Virus record (IMG/VR): IMGVR_UViG_3300008111_000001
Strand: one strand, 5' to 3'
Length of the DNA stretch: 64,000 bases
Source of the DNA: a virus
The position numbers were made by a program, and so were the translations under genes. Position 1 is the first letter of the stretch. Each line of letters begins with the position of its first letter. Below the pieces are notes generated by a model. The model was given only the letters and a program-made list of their open reading frames with translations, had not been told where the DNA came from and did no database searches. Positions 57,601-64,000 of the stretch are shown here, piece after piece.

Positions 57601-58340
57601 CAGCTTCTACAGGGGCTAATATTCAAGAGGCAATAACTGGAGAAAGATTTATTCCAACGGAAAGAAAAAAGGAATTAGCTCTTGAAGAGTATTCTGATAT
57701 TTTAAGCTACGTAAAAAATACAAGATTAGCTAACATGGCGGAATCATCGGGGGACGCAGCAGCAGCTTTTCAGTTTAGATCAGCAGCAAAAAGGACAATG
57801 TATGGTGCGCCAATAGAAGATATTGGCACAGGCAAATATGGAAGCGATGTAGAGTCTCTTTCTTTGGCTATCCCTAAAAGAAAAAGGGAGCATTTTAAAG
57901 CAATGATAAATGCTCCAGAAGAAGATAGGGGAAGAATACTTTCTACGGCTGGAAGATTGGAAAGAAGAATATACGAGGCAGCGTGGGGTATGCCAGTTGA
58001 AAAACGTCCAGAATTAACAGATTATTTTAGTAGGCATGAATTACCCGATGAGGGATGGGAAGGTTGGCATCCAAATACAAATATGGATTCTGTTAAAATT
58101 AAAATAGGACAGCACATGGGTCTTGAAATGTCTCAAATGGGTTACTATCCTCAACAGATAAGAGAAGCTAATCTAGCCAATCCCAGCTATCCTCGGTTTG
58201 ATTATTCTTCAGATTCTAATGCAGACGTATCATATAGATTACGTTCTTTAATGAATGGCATGGGTGTTACTGGTTCAGTTACTCCGGTCATGAATCCGTT
58301 TGGTGGTCAGCAAATTGACATAAGTGCAGGGGTTAGGTAG
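51645..58340 (+). CDS. tape-measure-like giant protein (2231 aa)
   Basis: TTG start; follows the chaperones; largely helical with hydrophobic G/A segments and aromatic C-terminal motifs. Confidence 0.7.
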   Translation: MVRDPGPIHNLGYSVTSRDVPTMIDEERGDAPNSSFISKALNDHPVLRFVSTAATTMASAFVLSKLTKQGGLKLAKTVQDRADSGASRFASNIVNVFPKIRKELDELSGVSRMIDGNTPDQIDPYSRLVFETAEGKLTTGVIKHTDRGYHWTAGEIRRSGKGLEYETAGIWGFREESQARLVSLARRTAYELPAVYVGQKAIVDPIFGGRDDSKVKWYNPVDVLTDFVKDSTINLVTMMIPMEVGGAAIGNARSSLSNFRYSMSDLARSTGSSDLKTNSSRMFVNLADVMSEVGHDLADITQKAVKISAQTSGAIKAATTEYSQQRIDINAILSRTRNLRAKQIYEDSKGSKLKRARNVATQYAFGNDANGNSGYLDLFPGLRGVGSAVRQGVNQFRKVGQGYDVVTRAIDFDAAVQKYGAANPDAYRGQLKGIINNLQANSTNRMSIMASKMARTFGGPIGSDSFYSSEFYKGMEQTEYKKVLYKSLMEKTATSDRDDFAKTIAKFIDDIDINKTAMEPSRRVTIGETKILLDGDEPFDEIINRFKGTLSKNRADEFIQKVGSSDVLQQSIIDANRLFSGAEFQAALKAKANKGYKAFQEQGMFKVAGTVLKTKRADFEDFLDLDNLSYAQKDFLIKRSAQRLGMKLKAADGRDLSRGELGESLGKVGLDVKNLGQLRSFLVREKQISSGVFASGFNLLGLRRATVDEATQRGLFSNLDEETQSFINQMSSSMVRADPTKTASSVSVLPDIFITKTGGILDVSGIRQTARNVGNFLANDLRIPVLGFNPADLFGKQSFNEMSGRAPFQFIQGKVSQPFLQGADKSADFYLFYSGGKTKGKVMAFNYNVMAQQYTSRTLDGTFRPLAKNSSQMLTRAARNAAAERDAESLNSLNYQEGTFRSRFFSGLSRFGVTPERELKFREAFDINYDQPNSIFGFMSRFSRRNIDPENPRFFAQVISGRDINTKAGTLRKNIVKDADGNVQRVNVINADTGEEMVSEKALLEAFEGFRRRAFGAGFSRRAMRAIEDADPSLATYSGVKVSQLQNVQEKIDFANVLIRGVDRDANILRRQGIDAATLFQSRERIRKVLEESDLLSGSQIRSVSPTILTREDQLTDELFKFLIQRNELVSNSTRQTFGQNFIKINQALANIAKEMPAGELAEAQAAAFGALTNLNSVRANRSFLKEIEVQRRALANVIESLEGSPELVQPFLSGSIERVGEIGKLGLAKKLLYPSLSTASFKISHLATDPLGSATGPGADVLLVPTFGSVFARNPVGALKSVAGINTYSSPESYSNLSAAVSHGVERLNKYFGTVGLQLDVNQYGSPLDLFARGMVGKRVLPLYAGGLAFMTADRTIGGMVNEKDARGERVYSPFFVGAATKAVGQVHALGAGVMPGGMSYEEKKEQLFEGEVPIRQGRFWPLGNTPFMGGKIMYYRPSIYRKIEAGSMFTSDTYGSPIERALFYTDISPLRPLDPYRFERKHYEDRPYPISGEYFSGPFGPLTPALNATVGRILKPQIKMHEQEVSQALSNYAPAGQSGAYDASAYLRQVSMPMLPGQAAQQQFGQASIGGLIQGGTPIMSMGISSGGPGPGIQASANAELAGRAGALNTAKYSTMQSIGQINGQYTQMAYGPPKTPGMMPPRIVGAGSPISVGDPQVQLQDFGYRTQEALGIYGFAGAAFRESFGYGQGDFEPQRAVLQSASKAYGMSRQFWDYNLGGLGDVPMLGGRNFGSIEFSEITRRFIPKERTGVDYLNPIQNTMGKQYPFLPGPEYYLDFTRGDPFTKVQEGELRLPGVAYERLNQLHSDETGRYGLLDQFKILGDVAPYSKQYRYLDKKINSYLDDPSEKLQADSIRERVASIQQRETFSEYSHVGKTAQEAGTNPLVHNLSRAAEYIAHRDTFINRKFINKQTAVEDWERNNVYGATFPEWQRPFESFIEPMINKAADRNPLAASASLAAAGLFAGRTQPGKLVMSGLGAITGLAASTGANIQEAITGERFIPTERKKELALEEYSDILSYVKNTRLANMAESSGDAAAAFQFRSAAKRTMYGAPIEDIGTGKYGSDVESLSLAIPKRKREHFKAMINAPEEDRGRILSTAGRLERRIYEAAWGMPVEKRPELTDYFSRHELPDEGWEGWHPNTNMDSVKIKIGQHMGLEMSQMGYYPQQIREANLANPSYPRFDYSSDSNADVSYRLRSLMNGMGVTGSVTPVMNPFGGQQIDISAGVR

Positions 58341-58342
58341 TA

Positions 58343-61300
58343 ATGTTAGGAAAAATAGCTAGCTTCCTAGAAAGACGAAAGCAAGAGATTCCTGAATATG
58401 AATCTTTTACTGACTATATGGCTGCGTACCTGTCTCCTTTGTCCCCAGAAAAGCAGGTTAGGGCAGCTAGAAGAATAATGACTAAAATACCTAGTGGTCG
58501 ACTAATGGAACCATTTGTTGATCCAGCTGATAATATTTTAAAATATAGAGCATCTTACTTTGATCCAGAAGAGCAAGGCAGAAAGGTTTTCAATAGCGTA
58601 GACGACGCCATAGAGTATTTCTCTGCCCTGCATCTTACTGAAGTTTACAGACTATCAAAAGATGAAGTTCCAGTGGTTTATAGGGGTTATGGTCAGGTTA
58701 TAAGGGAGATAGAAAAGGTCGCTAGGGAAAAGAAACTTTTTGGAATAGAAGATCTTGAAATGAACATTGCCATCCATAAGGGTGGGCTTGATACTCAACA
58801 GGGCGCTGAGGCACTAAAAGCATTTTTTGATGCACAAAAATCAAAAGGCTACGGTTTACTTTTACCTACGGACGATGGTGGTATTGCATTAAATTTAGTT
58901 GCTACAATCGCTGGAAAAAAACAGACACTAGGATTAGATCAAACCTTAGAACTAATGCAGGCAGCAAATGTTTCGATCATAGATCCAGACGTATTGGAAG
59001 AAGCTATGAAATCTGGAAATAAAAAACTGTCTTCTTTAATTCAAAAGTTAGATAAAAGATTACGTGGCGTTTTGTCGCCAAGAGAAGTGTCCGTTTCTGG
59101 TGATGCACTAAGATCAATATTAGATGACGTTGGTAAGCCTGGTCTATCATTTGCTGATTCGATTCTTAACACAGATCCAGTGTTTGAGGCATTGGGGTTA
59201 GCTTTAGATGTTGATACGTTGAAAAATGTTTCAAAAATGAAAAACTCGGAAAAAGCCGCAGACGCAGCACAAAGAATAAGAGAGTCTTGGATGATTGGTG
59301 GCCAAGATAGATCTAAAGATTTTTATAAAATAATTTTAGATGAAGTAATTCAAGGGCAAAGCGGACCAAATAAAAAACTATTAGGTAAAGAAAGTCAAAT
59401 ATATTCAGATGTCAGTAGCTATTTGAAAATTGCTATGCAAGACGCCATAGATAGTGGGGAGGTGGATATTACTGTCGGAAAATATGGTACGGACGTTTTA
59501 AAAAGTAAGTTGGGATTATTAAAAGAGAGTTTAGAAAAAAGCGCAGCTGGTAACGAAAGTGCACTAGGAGAAATAGGTCAAAAATTTAGCATCATTGACG
59601 TCCTGCTTGATGAAATAGAAAAGGGATCAGACGGTTCTATGTTGATAAACGATCCGTACACTAGGGCTATTCAAAAAGGTTATCAGTCTGAAATAGATGA
59701 ATTGAACAAAAAATACGCACAGTCCACTAGTAGGCTAGAGAAAGAAAATATTCTTTTAAAGAGAATGGAAGTTGAAAGGTCAATGCGTCAGTTAGATGAG
59801 TCTAAAGGTTTGTCTCAAATAACTGTTCGAGGAAACGTTGTTTTTGATGCAGGGGATCAAACACGTCCTGCCAGAATATTTTCTTTAAAAGGCGCAGCAA
59901 TGAACGTTGAGTTTACTGGAAGATATACAAAATATTCCATCATTGCGCCAAAGGCGACTACCAAAAGAGAAACTAGAATATCTGGATTAACAGACATTTT
60001 AAACCTTTCTGGAACAGGTGAATCTAAGGGCGCAGTCTATGCAGACCCCATGCTTGACGCATTCCATTCAGCAGTATTTGGCTCACCTCAATCGCAACAG
60101 TTAGGTAGAGAGTATTCTGCGGCGTTGCAAAAAGAGTTAAATGAAATGTTAAAAGCAAACAGGATTGATGAAGGCGGAAAATTTTATCAATCTTTGTTAA
60201 AAGCTACTCAATCACAGTCTGAAGACATATTGGAGACCCAGCAGTTCTCACAAATGATGCACAGGACTATGGCAGAGGAAATACTTGAAATACATAGAAG
60301 CGGCGTTCCGTTAGATCAACATCCTAGGGCTATGAATAGAATTTTGGATTTTGCTCAAAAAGAGTTCTTTAAGATCAAAAAGGGAATTCCTCTACCAGTA
60401 ATGCCTGATGTTTACAGATTTGCTTTAAATGCTGAGTCCACTCAGGTTGGTATATCCAGTGGGAGAATGTTCTTAGATATGGCCGATCAAAATATTGCAA
60501 TGGATGAAGGATTTAGTCTTAGCACCACTCGTGTCAGATTCTCTAATCACAACCTATTAATGAGCGAAAGGGACGTTATTAGATTCCACCATGCTCTTGG
60601 TGGATTCGACCTTGACGACAAAGGCTTGCCGGTTCTTGGAACATATATGTCTAATGGTAAAAGACGTTTGGCTATGGCAATGGCTCGCCAGCCTACGGGT
60701 GCAGGTGAAATGATTGGCTTTGTTCGCTTTAATGATATTGAAAGTTATCAAGAGCTATTTGGGCATAACGCGGACTTCATGAAAACGTTAGGTCAAATGA
60801 TTTCAGATGAAGAGGAGAAGTTAGCGTATCTACAAGGTTCGGGTAGCTCTCCCACTTTGCAAAGATTAAATATATTAAAGCAGAATTTAGAAGGCAAATT
60901 TACATCTGAAGAAATGACACGAATTGATCAGTCTGGCTTATTGGATCAACTTGAGGATACGATAATAGATGTTAGAGATAGATTATATGGCGGAAAGGCT
61001 AGAACTTTTAATAGAGCATATTTTGAATCATTAGGTGTATTAAAGCAGGGCGCAAGTGCGGTTGATTTTTTTGCTGGGTCTAGATTGGTGGATTTTGCTG
61101 GAGTTGATCCAGGTTTAGCTTCTCTCGGTTTTCAAAAATTAAAAACTGAGGTCATGACAATGAATCTTGAAGATGATGTCTTTAAAGCTTTGGAACATCT
61201 TATGACAGATCAGCAAAAAACTCAACTAGGTGCAATTAGAAATCAAATACAAACCTTAAAAGCTCCAGCTTTTTCGGGGTTGCCAATACCAGGTTCCATT

Positions 61301-63412
61301 TACGATGATTCGACACAGCTAGCAGTACTGGAGCAAGCTCAAAAAGATTTAGATAAAGCTTCAAAAGATTTTTATAAAACGTTAAATAGTTTTGGATTAG
61401 ATAAAGACAAAACGGCCATTGCTATGAACAAATACTATCTTGAAACAATGGAAAAAGCTTCAACGGAAAACGCTAACAATCTTGGTAAGCATGTTAACAG
61501 GGCTACTGTAATTGCAGATGGTTTAAATCAATTCGAGAAAGCCTTTGGGTCTGATCAAGCAATCAACGATGCCCTTAGGCAAAAGGGCCTATTAATAGGC
61601 TTGCCATCGTCAGAAACCGCAGTGGACATGACTCAAACATTTACTTCCGGAAGATTAAAGTTAAAAATGGACGCTGAAGCCGCTGCCGATCTTAGATACG
61701 GTATGGATATTTTTAGAAGAATGTATGGAAATAACTTTGATTTGGAAGAGCACGGCGCAGAAATTGTTAGCAAGTATGGAGAAATGTTTGGTTACCTGCA
61801 GCACAGGGGGGACCAGCAATTTGTTCTGGATAAAGCTTTAATTAATTTCGGAAAGCTAAACCAAGATGACCTCAGATCTTTTGCTGAATCCTACATAAAA
61901 GGCGCTGAAGCAAGAATGGCTGAAGGAATAAAAACTGATGAAGATTTGACTGCGCTAAAGAATCTGTTTTCTAAGGGGGATGCTCCTAAAAAATCTCAAG
62001 TGATAAACGCACTAACAGATATAGGAGTAATTGGTAGAGGTAATCTTTCTAATACAATCGAAGTTGCCCAGCAAGCCGAAGATAGCATTAATGCAGCAAG
62101 AAAAAGATTTGGCGATAACATGAAGGAGTTAAGAGATACATTAACTTCTGGTATGGGTAAAAATGTCACTGAAGCACAGTTATCCGCAAAAGCTATTTTG
62201 GACGCAAATCAGGATATTTTTGATGAATTGATGCAAGCTAATGCCGCCTATAGAGAAACGCAAAAAATTCTTAAAGAAGGAATACAGGATGGTCAATTTA
62301 TCGATTCTGCTAGAAGAGCAGAATTGACTGTGGGCTCTGATCGAGCTAGGATAAGAGCGGAAATATTAAGAACTCAATTAGGTGATAGTTTCTTGAGCGG
62401 AATTAATGAGGTTAGATCACAGAGAGCTTTAACTGGATTTAATCTAATAAATGCACTTCAGTTGGAGGCTTTAGATCGTGGAATGAGCTCATATGTTTTT
62501 GAACAGCTAACAGATTTAACAGAGAATTCAAATGAAGAGTTTGCTAACTTTTTTGCTAGAGTTAATGCAGCTAAAAGAAATAAAGCAGCTTATACAAAAG
62601 CTACTTCAAATATGCAAGTTAGAAATATTGTTGACAATTTCTTTAATGCTACCTCGTCTATGAGAGATGTGCTTCTTAGGGATATTTCTGGAGGAGGAAT
62701 TTTAGATCTTTCTCAGTATGGTGATGTTTCAGGGATGTTTGCAGACTTGGGTGTTGATATGCAACAGTTGGGCCAGGCTGTTGGAAAAGGGGTTGAAGAC
62801 ACTACGGATGAAAATATAAAAATTATATCCAATGCGATAAGAGCTAGAGCTTTATATGAAAGAGATATTTTGGATCCAGCAGTAGATGACTTTTTGAACG
62901 GTCAGATATCTGCAGATAAAGTGGTTGGCAAGAAAGACAGACCTAAGGGTATAGTTGGAGATGTTTTAAGGGAGCTTGATGAGCAGTCTCCATCAAATGT
63001 AAATCCATCTAAATTTAAACGTTTAGATATGGATTATTTGACAGAACAATTTTCTAAGCCTTCCGTTCAAAAAACGGCTATCGCAGCTGGCCTTTTGATA
63101 GCAGGAAGCTTTCTTTACCAAAATAAAAAAGATAAGACAACAGAAGACGCAGCAGGGCCACCACTGCTTCCTGGCGGATCAGCATATGAGCAAGGATACC
63201 CTAGTCCCAATGTTTCTGTTCCACAAATTGGTGGTGGCGGATATTCTTCCGGAATGAGCTATAAGGTTTCCTTATATGGTTCGAGGCAAGATGTTGAAAG
63301 GTTCCAACAAGCAGCTTCTGGACTTACTAATGGATCGATTAACAGTACTATGTATAATAGGATCCCCAGTGTGACGTCTGATCCATATCAGCAGCTCGCT
63401 AGCTCATTTTAA
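58343..63412 (+). CDS. giant tail-module protein with candidate two-barrel RNA polymerase core and C-terminal TM
   Basis: SDGSMLIN (D430), QITVRG (R496), LKG (K516), IIAPKATTK (K537/K541), VYRFAL (R692), LGGFDLDD (D756/D758/D759), ARQP (R782). The gene is certain; the function is inferred. Confidence 0.6.
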   Translation: MLGKIASFLERRKQEIPEYESFTDYMAAYLSPLSPEKQVRAARRIMTKIPSGRLMEPFVDPADNILKYRASYFDPEEQGRKVFNSVDDAIEYFSALHLTEVYRLSKDEVPVVYRGYGQVIREIEKVAREKKLFGIEDLEMNIAIHKGGLDTQQGAEALKAFFDAQKSKGYGLLLPTDDGGIALNLVATIAGKKQTLGLDQTLELMQAANVSIIDPDVLEEAMKSGNKKLSSLIQKLDKRLRGVLSPREVSVSGDALRSILDDVGKPGLSFADSILNTDPVFEALGLALDVDTLKNVSKMKNSEKAADAAQRIRESWMIGGQDRSKDFYKIILDEVIQGQSGPNKKLLGKESQIYSDVSSYLKIAMQDAIDSGEVDITVGKYGTDVLKSKLGLLKESLEKSAAGNESALGEIGQKFSIIDVLLDEIEKGSDGSMLINDPYTRAIQKGYQSEIDELNKKYAQSTSRLEKENILLKRMEVERSMRQLDESKGLSQITVRGNVVFDAGDQTRPARIFSLKGAAMNVEFTGRYTKYSIIAPKATTKRETRISGLTDILNLSGTGESKGAVYADPMLDAFHSAVFGSPQSQQLGREYSAALQKELNEMLKANRIDEGGKFYQSLLKATQSQSEDILETQQFSQMMHRTMAEEILEIHRSGVPLDQHPRAMNRILDFAQKEFFKIKKGIPLPVMPDVYRFALNAESTQVGISSGRMFLDMADQNIAMDEGFSLSTTRVRFSNHNLLMSERDVIRFHHALGGFDLDDKGLPVLGTYMSNGKRRLAMAMARQPTGAGEMIGFVRFNDIESYQELFGHNADFMKTLGQMISDEEEKLAYLQGSGSSPTLQRLNILKQNLEGKFTSEEMTRIDQSGLLDQLEDTIIDVRDRLYGGKARTFNRAYFESLGVLKQGASAVDFFAGSRLVDFAGVDPGLASLGFQKLKTEVMTMNLEDDVFKALEHLMTDQQKTQLGAIRNQIQTLKAPAFSGLPIPGSIYDDSTQLAVLEQAQKDLDKASKDFYKTLNSFGLDKDKTAIAMNKYYLETMEKASTENANNLGKHVNRATVIADGLNQFEKAFGSDQAINDALRQKGLLIGLPSSETAVDMTQTFTSGRLKLKMDAEAAADLRYGMDIFRRMYGNNFDLEEHGAEIVSKYGEMFGYLQHRGDQQFVLDKALINFGKLNQDDLRSFAESYIKGAEARMAEGIKTDEDLTALKNLFSKGDAPKKSQVINALTDIGVIGRGNLSNTIEVAQQAEDSINAARKRFGDNMKELRDTLTSGMGKNVTEAQLSAKAILDANQDIFDELMQANAAYRETQKILKEGIQDGQFIDSARRAELTVGSDRARIRAEILRTQLGDSFLSGINEVRSQRALTGFNLINALQLEALDRGMSSYVFEQLTDLTENSNEEFANFFARVNAAKRNKAAYTKATSNMQVRNIVDNFFNATSSMRDVLLRDISGGGILDLSQYGDVSGMFADLGVDMQQLGQAVGKGVEDTTDENIKIISNAIRARALYERDILDPAVDDFLNGQISADKVVGKKDRPKGIVGDVLRELDEQSPSNVNPSKFKRLDMDYLTEQFSKPSVQKTAIAAGLLIAGSFLYQNKKDKTTEDAAGPPLLPGGSAYEQGYPSPNVSVPQIGGGGYSSGMSYKVSLYGSRQDVERFQQAASGLTNGSINSTMYNRIPSVTSDPYQQLASSF

Positions 63413-63422
63413 GGTTAATTAG

Positions 63423-63869
63423 ATGATATTAAGTGTTAAAGATCAAAACAAAACTTTAGCCTCCGCTGCCAAACAGCCAAAAGATACATCCCATAGAAGC
63501 ATAACCGCAAATAAGTATGCAGCGAAGATAGCTTCTAGTAAAAGTCCTTCTAAAAATGTTGTATCTGAGTCACGTCAAAAAATCCAAGCATCGGGACAAT
63601 CAGATAAGGTCCGAGGTTCTTTTGAGGGCTTAGAAAATTCTTCGCCTGCTCATATTCTCATGGATGGGAGTGGCTATAGTGGCAAAAGACATCAGAAGGC
63701 CAGATATTCTAAGAATATTAATACTAAATTAGGTGGTAATTTTAACTTTAATTCTTTTACAAAGGAAACAAAAAGTAGTATAATAGATAACTATAGTTCT
63801 TCCACTATGAAAGATTCTTCTAGTGAAAGATTGTCTAAGATTATTAAGAATAACATGGCATTTGCCTAA
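63423..63869 (+). CDS. basic Ser/Lys-rich hypothetical protein
   Basis: ORF track; directly follows 58343-63412. Confidence 0.7.
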   Translation: MILSVKDQNKTLASAAKQPKDTSHRSITANKYAAKIASSKSPSKNVVSESRQKIQASGQSDKVRGSFEGLENSSPAHILMDGSGYSGKRHQKARYSKNINTKLGGNFNFNSFTKETKSSIIDNYSSSTMKDSSSERLSKIIKNNMAFA

Positions 63870-63877
63870 GGTGAGAT

Positions 63878-64000
63878 ATGTCTAATATTGAGCAATCAGA
63901 AAATGAAGAAGAGCAGAATTTAAACTCATCTGATCCGTTGTCATACGATTACAGTAGCAAAGCTTTTGTAAATATGATAATGATTGGCCCACTTGGCTTG
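63878..64000 (+). CDS. hypothetical protein, 5' part only
   Basis: AAGGTGAG RBS, ATG 63878, open to the window edge. Confidence 0.65.
   Translation, partial: MSNIEQSENEEEQNLNSSDPLSYDYSSKAFVNMIMIGPLGL

Noticed and set aside
13294-60751. Short minus-strand ORFs within the rightward operon (e.g. 36998-37591, 40488-40949)
   Set aside because: Fully overlap well-supported plus-strand genes; composition mirrors the antisense frame.
12554-64000. Stop-codon reassignment (alternative genetic code)
   Set aside because: Genes tile densely under code 11, and TAA, TAG and TGA all act as stops at gene junctions.

Overview
This is a 64-kb segment of a large myovirus-type (contractile-tailed) bacteriophage genome, probably infecting a Gram-positive host, most likely an actinobacterium (inferred from extended AGAAAGGAGGTG ribosome-binding sites, a ChiZ/YneA-like LysM gene and an SOS-box-like palindrome). 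It has two very different parts. (1) About 1-8600 is a comparatively GC-rich, leftward-transcribed array of about 20 small genes. Eight of them are preceded by a repeated cassette: tetraloop hairpin + T-tract + GAGGATAG(A/G)C. The region also holds many structured intergenic stretches and resembles an early or host-takeover module. (2) About 9000-64000 is AT-rich. A short leftward recA operon diverges from a long rightward morphogenesis operon: Clp-type ATPase, glycine-rich membrane-anchor proteins, a 1160-aa DEDDh-nuclease-containing protein, TerL, Ig-repeat and tail-fibre genes, portal, glycosyltransferase, protease/scaffold, capsid, neck, two sheath-like and three tube-like paralogs, two chaperones and a 2231-aa tape-measure-like protein. 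Main hypothesis: the 1689-aa protein after the tape measure (58343-63412) carries, in order, motifs resembling a two-barrel (DPBB) single-chain RNA polymerase, but with an unusual DxDD catalytic loop instead of DxDGD. It may be a virion-packaged, membrane-anchored RNA polymerase that reads the repeated hairpin-GAGGATAG cassettes of the early region. All product calls come from reading motifs and gene order by eye; no database search was run.
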